Source: Anaerolineales bacterium (lineage in GTDB: Bacteria > Chloroflexota > Anaerolineae > Anaerolineales > UBA4823). From it: a stretch of DNA of 64,000 nucleotides. The position numbers were made by a program, and so were the translations under genes. The stretch spans positions 1,204 through 65,203 of the forward strand of contig DAOTZA010000139.1 of assembly GCA_034434515.1 (NCBI GenBank), given 5' to 3'. Positions 56,629 through 64,000 of this stretch are shown here, in pieces. A model generated the notes under the pieces. The model did not search any database. It saw only the letters and a list, made by a program, of their open reading frames with translations, and was not told where the DNA came from. Position 1 is the first letter of the stretch, and each line of letters starts with the position of its first letter.

Positions 56629-57360
56629 TTACACCAGATGTCGCCCGCCGTCAATGTGCAAGATTTCTCCGGTGATATAAGCCGGTCCATATAAAAGGAA
56701 AACAAACGCGGCGGTGACTTCGTCCATATTTGCCCAGCGAGCCGCGGGAACATTTGCCAGGAAATGCGACAGATTCTTGGTCGAGTTTTGGTCGGCCGGA
56801 GGCAGGATAGCTCCTAAGGCAAGACCGTTCACGGTGATGTGCGGCGCCAGGGCTTGGGCGAGCGAACGAGTCAGGGCGGCCAGGGCGGCTTTGCTGATGG
56901 TGTAAGGGAGATGGTCTGCGCCGGGACGCAAAGCACGCCAATCTAGAATATTGATAATGCGCCCGCTTGCGGAGGGTGGCAAACGGCGGGCAAAAGCCTG
57001 GCTGAGAATAAAGGGAGCGGTGAGATTAACCCGCAGATGTCGCTCCCAGTCGCCCAGGGTGGTGGTTTCCCAATCCAGGGGGTCAAAGATCGAGGCGTTA
57101 TTGACCAAGGCGCTGAGGTGACCCAGTTCTCTCTCTGCTGTTTCAACCAGAAAGGGGAGGTGCTCGACATGAGCGAGGTCGGCGCAGAGGGTCACGGCTT
57201 TTCTGCCCAATGAGCGAATTTCTTGTGCGGTTTGTTCAGCGCTCTCGGCAGAGGTGTGGTAGTGAATGGCCACATTTGCCCCTGCCTGGGCGGCTGCCAG
57301 GGCTAATTCGCGACCAATCCGCCGACCTGCTCCAGTGATCAGGATATTCTGGGATTGCAT
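56629..57360 (-). CDS. Short-chain dehydrogenase/reductase, FolM / pteridine-reductase-like
   Basis: 243 aa. It has ILITGAGRRIGRELA, NNAS and Y..SKAAL motifs. It is embedded between folE and folB. Confidence 0.8.
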   Translation of the reverse strand: MQSQNILITGAGRRIGRELALAAAQAGANVAIHYHTSAESAEQTAQEIRSLGRKAVTLCADLAHVEHLPFLVETAERELGHLSALVNNASIFDPLDWETTTLGDWERHLRVNLTAPFILSQAFARRLPPSASGRIINILDWRALRPGADHLPYTISKAALAALTRSLAQALAPHITVNGLALGAILPPADQNSTKNLSHFLANVPAARWANMDEVTAAFVFLLYGPAYITGEILHIDGGRHLV

Positions 57361-57375
57361 AACTTCCGTTTCGGG

Positions 57376-58023
57376 TTATTCGTCATAGCGACGGCGGGTG
57401 AGCTGGGCGTAAAATTCGCGGCGTAGCTCTTTATCGGTCTTGAAGACACCGCGCATGGTACTGGTGGTCATCATTGCTTCGGCTTTTTTGACACCACGCA
57501 TCATGGCGCACATGTGAGCCCCTTCAACCACAACAGCAATCCCCTGGGGGTGGAGTTTTTCTTCCAGTAAATCGGCGATTTGGGTGGTCATCCGCTCCTG
57601 GACTTGCAAGCGACGCGCAAACATCTCAACAATGCGGGGAATTTTGCTTAAACCAATCACCTTTTTATCCGGAATATAGGCTACGTGCGCCTTACCAAAA
57701 AATGGCAACAGGTGATGTTCGCAGAGAGAGTAAAACTCAATATCGCGCACGAGCACCATATCACCATATTCTACATCGAATAGAGCACCGTTGATCAGTT
57801 GATCGGGGTCGGTTTGATAGCCGCTGGTTATTTCGCGGTACATGCGGGCAACCCGTTCCGGGGTTTTGAGCAACCCGTCACGGCTGGGATCTTCACCGAT
57901 CTCAAGCAGGATTTGATGAACGGCTTGTTGGATGCTCTCAGCCGGCTTGATCTCACCTTCCAGCAAGATGAAGGGTTGCGGATGGGTTAGCAGTTGGGGT
58001 ATTTCGACAGTTGGGTTATTCAT
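57376..58023 (-). CDS. folE: GTP cyclohydrolase I
   Basis: 215 aa. It has [34 protein letters not shown] and HMCM.MRGV motifs. Confidence 0.95.
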   Translation of the reverse strand: MNNPTVEIPQLLTHPQPFILLEGEIKPAESIQQAVHQILLEIGEDPSRDGLLKTPERVARMYREITSGYQTDPDQLINGALFDVEYGDMVLVRDIEFYSLCEHHLLPFFGKAHVAYIPDKKVIGLSKIPRIVEMFARRLQVQERMTTQIADLLEEKLHPQGIAVVVEGAHMCAMMRGVKKAEAMMTTSTMRGVFKTDKELRREFYAQLTRRRYDE

Positions 58024-58065
58024 AGCATTCTCCTCAGGTCAAGCCAATAAGATAATTCTGGTCAT

Positions 58066-58093
58066 ATTATACAGCAAATAAAATAAATGTCAA
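58066..58093 (-). promoter_or_regulatory. Near-consensus sigma-70 promoter of the folE operon
   Basis: The minus strand reads TTGACA-N16-TATAAT, about 40 nt upstream of the folE ATG. Confidence 0.65.
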
Positions 58094-58338
58094 GGTTTTG
58101 CACAGGAATTATTTGGGGTTTTTCGCGATGGTTTATCCTGATGACTGATGGATCAAGCCTAGGCAAGACAATGGATGCAAGCCGTCGGTCAAACTCAATT
58201 GCCGCACAATTGCCCTGATGCGAGGATAGACAGCGTGTTTTTAGGCGGTTCTAAGCTCAACGTTTCAGGTCAGGGATTTGTGTGTGAGGGCTACGACTCG
58301 TGGCAACCTATGCGTACACCCGCGTGATTCATTTCCCG

Positions 58339-58367
58339 TTGACGTTTTGGCGTTTCTTTGGTATTAT
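58339..58367 (+). promoter_or_regulatory. Candidate promoter of infC-rpmI-rplT
   Basis: TTGACG-N17-TATTAT. A second extended -10 element, TGCTATAAT, follows at 58371-58379. Confidence 0.6.
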
Positions 58368-58423
58368 GCGTGCTATAATTTCTACCGTATCAAGAGATTT
58401 TGGTTGATAGAAAGGAGTAGCTT

Positions 58424-58996
58424 ATCAGCGCGGTCAATTATAGAGTAAACGAAGCCATCAAAGTCCCTCAAGTCCGCTTGATTGGCCCTCAGGGCGAAAA
58501 TATCGGGGTTGTCTCAATTGAAGAGGCGCATCGGATCGCCCATGAAGCGGATTTAGACCTGGTGGAGGTGGCGCCCAATGCCGATCCACCGGTCTGTCGG
58601 GTGATGGATTTCGGGAAGTTTATTTACGAACGGACAAAAAAAGAACGCGAAGCCCGCAAAGCACAGACAAAAATTGAAATCAAAGAGATTCGCTTGCGCC
58701 CAAAGACCAACGAACACCATCGCGCCCTCAAAGTAAGAGATGCGCGTCGCTGGCTCGAAGATGGGATGAAGGTAAAGGTGCGCATTCGCTTTCGAGGTCG
58801 GGAAATCACTTATCCGGAAATCGCTCTTGAAGACCTCAAGGCGGTGGCAGAAGACTTAGCCGATATTGCGGTGGTCGAGCAAGCGCCAGCTCTCGAAGGA
58901 CGAACGATGTTAATGGTGCTGGCGCCTGGCAAGCAAGCGAAAAAGAAAGAGAAAGAGAAAGAGAAAGAAACAGAAAAAGAATCCGTTTCGCGCTGA
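58424..58996 (+). CDS. infC: Translation initiation factor IF-3 (non-canonical AUC start)
   Basis: The conserved N-terminus YRVNEAIKVPQVRLIGPQGENIGVV extends upstream of the first canonical start (TTG 58478). An in-frame TAG lies at 58418. ATC at 58424 lies 6 nt after the SD AAAGGAG. The C-terminus has a K/E-rich tail. Confidence 0.9.
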   Translation: MSAVNYRVNEAIKVPQVRLIGPQGENIGVVSIEEAHRIAHEADLDLVEVAPNADPPVCRVMDFGKFIYERTKKEREARKAQTKIEIKEIRLRPKTNEHHRALKVRDARRWLEDGMKVKVRIRFRGREITYPEIALEDLKAVAEDLADIAVVEQAPALEGRTMLMVLAPGKQAKKKEKEKEKETEKESVSR

Positions 58997-59031
58997 TGAA
59001 AAACCTGCTCCCTGAAAACATCTGATCTCGC

Positions 59032-59061
59032 CCGCGCCCGACCTGGAGCGCGGTGTTTTCT
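59032..59061 (+). promoter_or_regulatory. Hairpin plus U-rich tract between infC and rpmI (possible attenuator or L20 operator)
   Basis: CCGCGC-N10-GCGCGG followed by TGTTTTCTG. It ends just before the rpmI SD AAAGGAG. Confidence 0.4.
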
Positions 59062-59078
59062 GTGAAAGGAGAAAGACT

Positions 59079-59306
59079 GTGCCACGAAAAATGCCTGAAG
59101 GAAAATATAAGTTAAAAACCCACAAAGCAACCGCCAAGCGCTTTCGTTTGACAGGAACGGGGATGCTGGTGCGCACCAAAGGCGGTAAAAGTCACCTGCG
59201 TCGGCGTACCTCTAAACGCACCAAACGCCTGTTCCAGGAAATGCTGCCGGTGCGGGGAAGAGGCATCATCAAGCGTGTCCATCGTCTGGCGCCGAATTTG
59301 AAATAG
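59079..59306 (+). CDS. rpmI: 50S ribosomal protein L35
   Basis: 75 aa containing KLKTHKATAKRFRLTGTGMLVRTKGGKSHLRRRTSKR. A GTG start lies 8 nt after AAAGGAG; an alternative ATG lies at 59091. Confidence 0.9.
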   Translation: MPRKMPEGKYKLKTHKATAKRFRLTGTGMLVRTKGGKSHLRRRTSKRTKRLFQEMLPVRGRGIIKRVHRLAPNLK

Positions 59307-59412
59307 AACCAATGGTATTTGGTTTTAATCCCTTTTGGTTTGCCGACCGCTGGGTGCATTGAACTGGTGAGCAACGTTCACCGGCGTCCAGGGGAAGGCA
59401 GGAGAGTGTAAC

Positions 59413-59760
59413 ATGAGAGTAAAGACCGGACCTTATCGCAGGCAGCACCACAAAAAGGTGCTCAAGATGACCAAAGGCCAGTTTGGCACCCGTTCGCGGC
59501 TTTTCCGCCGCGCCAACGAAGCCATGTTGAAAAGCCTTTGGTATGCCTACCGCGATCGCCGCACGCGTAAACGCGACCTGCGCCGCTTGTGGATCGCCCG
59601 CATTAACGCGGCCGCTCGGGCAAACGGCACGACCTACAGCCGTCTGATGGATGCGATGAAAAAGTCCCAGATCGCCATCAATCGCAAGATGCTGGCCGAT
59701 TTGGCGGTGCGTCAGCCTGAGGCGTTTGCGGCGGTGGTTGCAGCAACAAAATCTGCATAG
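59413..59760 (+). CDS. rplT: 50S ribosomal protein L20
   Basis: 115 aa containing MRVKTGPYRRQHHKKVLKMTKGQFG...YAYRDRRTRKRDLRRLWIARINAAAR. Confidence 0.95.
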   Translation: MRVKTGPYRRQHHKKVLKMTKGQFGTRSRLFRRANEAMLKSLWYAYRDRRTRKRDLRRLWIARINAAARANGTTYSRLMDAMKKSQIAINRKMLADLAVRQPEAFAAVVAATKSA

Positions 59761-59781
59761 GCGAACGCATCTTTCGGTCGA

Positions 59782-59815
59782 AACGAGGCGATTTTGCTCG
59801 CCTCGTTTTTTTATT
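59782..59815 (+). terminator. Intrinsic terminator of the infC-rpmI-rplT operon
   Basis: AACGAGGCG-attttgct-CGCCTCGTT followed by TTTTTTATTT. Confidence 0.8.
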
Positions 59816-59858
59816 TCCTGCGTAAGGTATAATAAACCTGGTATCTGCGGAGGTTGAA

Positions 59859-60230
59859 ATGAACGCAAATCCGAATCGAAAAATTCAGCCGGCTCCAACG
59901 GGCGGTTTCTTTGGGGAACTTTCGACCCGCCTCAAACTGATTTTGCGCTTACTTGCCGATGGGCGCGTCAATCCACTGATCAAGATATTGCCCATTGCTT
60001 CGTTGGTGTACTTAATTGCCCCCGATTTGGCTCCGGGCCCGCTGGACGATGCTATGATTATCTGGTTAGGCGCCTATTTGTTCGTCGAACTTTGCCCTCC
60101 CGATGTCGTTGAAGAACATCTCAAAAAGATTCGTTCGTCAGTGGTTAGCCAGATTTCCGAAGAGAAAAAGACGGAATTTCGACCTGAGGACATTGAAGAC
60201 GCCGAGTACTGGGAGGAGCCAAAACCGTGA
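59859..60230 (+). CDS. DUF1232 (YkvA-like) membrane protein
   Basis: 123 aa. The segment ASLVYLIAPDLAPGPLDDAMIIWLGAYLF resembles the DUF1232 Y..SP.DLIPD...G..DD core. Confidence 0.6.
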   Translation: MNANPNRKIQPAPTGGFFGELSTRLKLILRLLADGRVNPLIKILPIASLVYLIAPDLAPGPLDDAMIIWLGAYLFVELCPPDVVEEHLKKIRSSVVSQISEEKKTEFRPEDIEDAEYWEEPKP

Positions 60231-61543
60231 GGGTAATGTTTCACCGTTACTGCTGGTCAATATTCATTATCTTGCTGGTTGCGTGTGAACCCAACACGCC
60301 GCAGGCATTGTCAACCCAATTTATACCGCAGAAGACAAACGCCGCAAGACCAGACGTAATCGTTATCCCTTCAACCCCTAATAAGGTGGTTGTTCCGTTG
60401 ATTACGCCGGATGCCGAATCGATAACGCCTGCCCCAGTTTCCCCAAACGAATCTGTAACCGTGGTGCAGACTTTTCCAGACCCGGCTGCCTATCGATGGG
60501 TAGAAGTGGCAAGCCGATTGAAAGCACCGGTGGGGATGGGCGTTGCCGGCGATGGTTCGGGGAGACTCTTCATCCTGGAACAGGAAGGCACGATCCGCGT
60601 CTGGCAAAATGGACAACTGGAGAAAACGCCCTTTTTAGATATCCGTGCTCGGGTAGGCAGCCGCGGTAGCGAACAGGGCTTGCTGGGCATTGCCTTTCAC
60701 CCGCAATATGCAAAAAATGGGTATTTCTATGTCAATTATACGGACCAGGCTGGGGATACCGTAATTGCTCGCTTTCAAGCCGATCCACCTTCTGCCAGTA
60801 CGGCTGATCCAGCAAGTGAGCAAGTTCTCTTGCGAGTTGCGCAGCCGTATGCCAATCACAACGGTGGCGCAGTGGTTTTTGGGCCTGATGGTTATCTCTA
60901 TCTGGGTTTGGGTGATGGCGGTTCGGCCGGCGACCCTCAAAATAACGCCCAGTCTTTGAATACGCATTTGGGCAAAATCTTGCGCCTGGATGTCGATTCG
61001 GGATCGCCCTACGCTATCCCTCCAAACAATCCCTTTGCTGCAGGCGGCGGTTTGGCTGAGATTTGGGCGTATGGCCTGCGTAATCCCTGGCGGATTGCCT
61101 TTGATCGAAAAACCGGCGAGCTTTACATCGGCGATGTTGGTCAGAATCAATGGGAAGAGATCGATTATCTGCCCGCCAATGCCGCTGGGGATTTGAACTT
61201 CGGCTGGAAATATCTGGAAGGAACCCATCCATACGAAGGAACAGTCCCGGTTGGAAAGACCCTGATTCCACCTTTCTATGAGTATGGACATGATCGAGGT
61301 TGTTCCGTAACCGGTGGGGTCGTCTATCGCGGCCGGCAATTGCCTGACTGGGAGGGGATTTATCTCTTCGGCGACTATTGCGCCGGCTGGGTAGATGGCT
61401 TGCGCCGCTTCCCGGATGGTAGCTGGGCTTACCAAAGCCTCTTCAACGACTTGGGACGCATCTCCTCCTTTGGCGAAGATGAGCAGGGTGAAGTCTATGT
61501 CATTGACCATTCAGGGAAAATCTATCGGTTGGAACAGCGATGA
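60227..61543 (+). CDS. PQQ-dependent (soluble glucose/sorbosone dehydrogenase-like) beta-propeller lipoprotein
   Basis: 438 aa. It has a lipobox (LLVAC) and the family motifs SEQGLLGIAFHP, HNGG, GDGG and GLRNPWR. It overlaps the neighbouring genes by 4 nt on both sides. Confidence 0.85.
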   Translation: MRVMFHRYCWSIFIILLVACEPNTPQALSTQFIPQKTNAARPDVIVIPSTPNKVVVPLITPDAESITPAPVSPNESVTVVQTFPDPAAYRWVEVASRLKAPVGMGVAGDGSGRLFILEQEGTIRVWQNGQLEKTPFLDIRARVGSRGSEQGLLGIAFHPQYAKNGYFYVNYTDQAGDTVIARFQADPPSASTADPASEQVLLRVAQPYANHNGGAVVFGPDGYLYLGLGDGGSAGDPQNNAQSLNTHLGKILRLDVDSGSPYAIPPNNPFAAGGGLAEIWAYGLRNPWRIAFDRKTGELYIGDVGQNQWEEIDYLPANAAGDLNFGWKYLEGTHPYEGTVPVGKTLIPPFYEYGHDRGCSVTGGVVYRGRQLPDWEGIYLFGDYCAGWVDGLRRFPDGSWAYQSLFNDLGRISSFGEDEQGEVYVIDHSGKIYRLEQR

Positions 61544-62544
61544 GAAAGGCTTTTGAGACCCGCCTCTGGCTAAGCAACCTGGCAATGGCTGCAGTGATCT
61601 GGGCATGTTCTTTGCGCACGACTCTGCCAACGCCCGCTGCTACGCCAAATAACGCGGCAACGATGCCGCCAACGACAACGCTCCCTGCGCCTACCTTCAC
61701 CCAGGCTGAGCTCCTCCTCACCGAAACCCTTTCGCCAACCCCGACCGTGCAAGCCCCTATCCGCTTTGCTGTCATCGGTGATTATGGCTCAGGGAATGAG
61801 AATGCCCACCAGGTGGCAGAGCTGGTTAAATCCTGGCAGCCCGATTTCATTCTCACCACCGGCGACAACAATTATCCGGATGGCTCTCGTGAGACCATTG
61901 ATCACCGCATTGGGCAGTTTTACCATGAGTATATCCATCCCTACCGCGGCAGTTACGGCAAGGGTGCTGAGCAGAATCGCTTTTTCCCAACCCTGGGTAA
62001 CCATGACTGGATGAGCGAGTCCGCTCAACCTTACTTTGATTACTTTGAGCTGCCCAACAACGAACGCTATTACGACTTCACCTGGGGAGCCGGGCATTTC
62101 TTTGCTTTAGATAGCGACTCAAACGAACCGGATGGAGTCGGGCGCAGTTCCCGTCAGGCGCAATGGTTGCAGGAGCAATTGCTTGCTTCCACCCTGCCGT
62201 GGCAAATCGTTTATATGCATCATCCACCATACTCGTCGGGAAAACGCGGCGCAGTGGATTGGATGCGCTGGCCGTTTCGCGAATGGGGTGTAGATGCGGT
62301 TTTGTGTGGGCACGATCATTATTACGAACGTTTGGTTGTGGATGGCCTGGTTTATCTGATTAATGGCGCCGGCGGTGGTGGTTTATATGATTTTGGCGAA
62401 ATTGCCGAGGGTAGTCAAAAGCGGTTCAATGGTGCCTATGGCGCCTTGTTGGGCATCCTGGATGACGATTATTTGATCTTTGAATTTTATACCGTAGGGG
62501 GCGTCTTGATCGATCGCTATGAAATGACCCGCACGACCCAATGA
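61540..62544 (+). CDS. Secreted calcineurin-like metallophosphoesterase
   Basis: 334 aa with an N-terminal TM helix and a T/P-rich linker. Motifs: GDYGSG, GDNNY, GNHD, HHPPYSSG and GHDHYYER. Confidence 0.8.
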   Translation: MRKAFETRLWLSNLAMAAVIWACSLRTTLPTPAATPNNAATMPPTTTLPAPTFTQAELLLTETLSPTPTVQAPIRFAVIGDYGSGNENAHQVAELVKSWQPDFILTTGDNNYPDGSRETIDHRIGQFYHEYIHPYRGSYGKGAEQNRFFPTLGNHDWMSESAQPYFDYFELPNNERYYDFTWGAGHFFALDSDSNEPDGVGRSSRQAQWLQEQLLASTLPWQIVYMHHPPYSSGKRGAVDWMRWPFREWGVDAVLCGHDHYYERLVVDGLVYLINGAGGGGLYDFGEIAEGSQKRFNGAYGALLGILDDDYLIFEFYTVGGVLIDRYEMTRTTQ

Positions 62545-62657
62545 ACCTGGCGATTTTTTCACCCGAAGAGTACTTCAGCATAGTTAACAACCTGTCATTC
62601 CAAATTGTGCCGATACATGGAACAACCTGCCATCACAAGTCGTGTGGATAATTTGCT

Positions 62658-62737
62658 GAGAAAACCGTCCACGAATTGACCACGAATAAACGAATGGAAG
62701 CGCTATTCGTGCATTCGTGAAAACTTCATGGACGGTC
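62658..62737 (-). terminator. Long imperfect hairpin with ACGAAT/ATTCGT repeats, followed on the minus strand by TTTTCT; likely terminator of the transporter gene
   Basis: The outer arms ACCGTCCACGAA (62664-62675) and TTCATGGACGGT (62725-62736) match at 11 of 12 positions. The inner arms are CACGAAT..ACGAAT and ATTCGT..ATTCGTG. The minus-sense sequence continues GGACGGTTTTCTCAGC. Confidence 0.5.
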
Positions 62738-62782
62738 TGCCCTGCTAAGAAAGCCTTTGGTAGGTAATTCCGCAAACGGTAT

Positions 62783-64000
62783 TTACAAGCGTGAATCAGA
62801 AACGGCGGTGGCTGAGACGGGCTTTTGCCGAGCGTCCAGGGCGGCGCGGATTTGTTCGTATTGCTGGCGAGTCAGCGGATAAAACCACGCCACCATGATC
62901 GCTGCCAGCACCAGCAAGGCGCTAAAGGGCCCCGTCATCCAGCGAATGGCCGTCAGGGCGGAAGGAGCTTGCTGCCAGACAGTTACCCCTTGCGGAGGCG
63001 CTTGATAACCGAAAAGGTTCAAGGCTTGCAAAGCGAAGAATCCAGCCAGTGCCCCACTCAGCTTGCGAAAGAGGGTGATAGCGCCGAAATAAAGCCCCTC
63101 GTTGCGTTCCCCGGTTTGATATTCATCCCAATCGACTGCGTCCGGCAACATAGATTCTGGCAAGATGCTGGCGGTTGCAACACTCAAGCCGGCCAGCGCC
63201 GACAGCGCCAGCGTCAGGGAAACTTGTCCTGGCTGGACAAGCATCAGCGCGCTGAGAACCAGAATCCAAAAGATCATCCCGATGATGTAGGTGACCTTTT
63301 TGCCAAATCTGGCGGAGAGGCCGGTCCACAGAGGGATGGAAACCAACGAGACGAGCATCAGGCTACCCATGGCAAGCGACTCCAGTGCAAAGTCCTGCCC
63401 AAAGAGCGGGCGGCTGATCAGTGAATCGCCTTTGCCAACCCAATAAACGGCGAAAAAGGGTAACATGCGCGAGACCAGATCAAAGGCAATCCAGGTCAAG
63501 GAGTATAAACCGGTCACGTACAGAAACGGTTTGTTGCGCAGGATCACCCCCCACATCTTGCGCAGGTCAACCCTTTCGGGTTCTTCTAAATCGGTCTTGG
63601 TTTCTTTGATAACGAGCGGGATGATCAGGAAGGGAAGGATTGCCAGGCCGCCGAATAATCCAGCCACCAGCAGGTATCCCTGTTGAGGGGTAGCGCCACT
63701 GCGCACCACCTCGTCCACGATGGTTGGCGCGGCAACAGCGGTGACCAGCGTAGCAAGCAGATTGAACAGCACCCGAAAGCCCGAAAGAGAGGTGCGCTCG
63801 TCGTAGTCGCGGCTGATGTCGGGCACCAGGGCTAAATAGGGCACGTTGACCAGCGTGTGCAAGGTGTCGGTGATCATGAAAGCCAGTGTGACGTAGATCA
63901 TCTTGAGAAGCTGGCTGTCGGTTGGCGGTACCCACCAAAGGATTAGAAATCCCACACCAAAAGGGATGGCGAAGAGCAACAGGAAAGGCCGCCGCCGTCC
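62783..64000 (-). CDS. GPH-family (MelB/glycoside-pentoside-hexuronide) MFS transporter, N-terminus outside the window
   Basis: The frame stays open to position 64000 (GRRRPFLLLFAIPFG...), so the ORF-track TTG 'start' at 63979 is internal. It has more than 10 TM helices and a GPH-like D..ERTSL.G.R motif (DYDERTSLSGFRV). Confidence 0.85.
   Translation of the reverse strand, partial: GRRRPFLLLFAIPFGVGFLILWWVPPTDSQLLKMIYVTLAFMITDTLHTLVNVPYLALVPDISRDYDERTSLSGFRVLFNLLATLVTAVAAPTIVDEVVRSGATPQQGYLLVAGLFGGLAILPFLIIPLVIKETKTDLEEPERVDLRKMWGVILRNKPFLYVTGLYSLTWIAFDLVSRMLPFFAVYWVGKGDSLISRPLFGQDFALESLAMGSLMLVSLVSIPLWTGLSARFGKKVTYIIGMIFWILVLSALMLVQPGQVSLTLALSALAGLSVATASILPESMLPDAVDWDEYQTGERNEGLYFGAITLFRKLSGALAGFFALQALNLFGYQAPPQGVTVWQQAPSALTAIRWMTGPFSALLVLAAIMVAWFYPLTRQQYEQIRAALDARQKPVSATAVSDSRL

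Noticed and set aside
58935-58985. A purine-rich (AAAGAG)n-like repeat that might be a non-coding microsatellite
   Set aside because: It is in frame within infC and encodes the K/E tail. It is reported as a property of infC rather than as a separate repeat element.
59269-59898. A 209-aa ORF on the minus strand spanning rplT and part of rpmI
   Set aside because: It is entirely antisense to two highly conserved ribosomal protein genes. Its composition is Arg/Gly/Ala-rich, which is typical of antisense frames, and it has no recognisable motif or SD.
60635-61510. A 291-aa minus-strand ORF
   Set aside because: It is antisense to the PQQ-type dehydrogenase gene, which has clear family motifs. The ORF is an open-frame artefact.
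62825-63424. A 199-aa plus-strand ORF
   Set aside because: It is antisense to the GPH transporter gene. Its Arg/Gln/Gly-rich composition is inconsistent with a real protein.

Overview
This is a 64-kb chromosomal window of moderate GC (GC not computed), with no IS elements, integrases, CRISPR arrays or rRNA seen by eye. The gene content includes a bacterial Elp3, a T-box leader and very large multi-GAF kinases. This suggests a Chloroflexota (Anaerolineae-like) or similar monoderm-type lineage, but that is inference only. Positions 1-15.7 kb are one long minus-strand flagellar gene block: flbD-motAB-fliLMNOPQ-[HDOD+CheY-like REC]-fliR-flhBAF-[small membrane ORF]-fliA-[155-aa HTH-tailed ORF]-flgF-flgG-flgM-flgN'. 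A near-consensus sigma-28 promoter lies in front of flgM. A three-gene two-component module (15.8-19.8 kb) sits directly upstream of this block. The rest is mostly housekeeping:
- thrS with a Thr (ACC) T-box leader that directly follows tRNA-Val.
- An alpha/beta hydrolase, a GAF/HisKA_3 kinase, rdgB, a DUF177 gene and a sigma-70 gene.
- metG, cinA-like, uvrC, and a 1539-aa six-GAF hybrid kinase.
- fhs carrying a eukaryote-type insertion, a ROK kinase and Elp3.
- Phosphoesterases, acpS, an M16 peptidase pair, an FprA-like reductase, an M19 dipeptidase and mutY.
- A tRNA-Phe/Gly/Cys cluster, followed by a small accessory-looking patch: orphan AbrB-type antitoxin, ArsR, a secreted SNase-excalibur nuclease and a DNA-repair-type radical SAM gene.
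- A folE-folM-like-folB-folK operon, and infC (AUC start)-rpmI-rplT.
- A DUF1232 / PQQ-type sugar dehydrogenase / phosphoesterase operon, and a truncated GPH/MFS transporter.

The most novel signal I can support lies upstream of metG. A near-leaderless 35-codon ORF has 7 AUG codons among its first 19. It is embedded in a terminator/antiterminator pair of mutually exclusive helices. This looks like a leader-peptide attenuator for methionyl-tRNA synthetase, a mechanism I do not know to be described for metG. Secondary leads are:
- The HDOD+REC pair inserted inside fliPQR.
- The two uncharacterised ORFs flanking fliA.
- A degenerate kinase in the two-component module next to the flagellar genes.
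- The tRNA-Val/T-box/thrS co-transcript.
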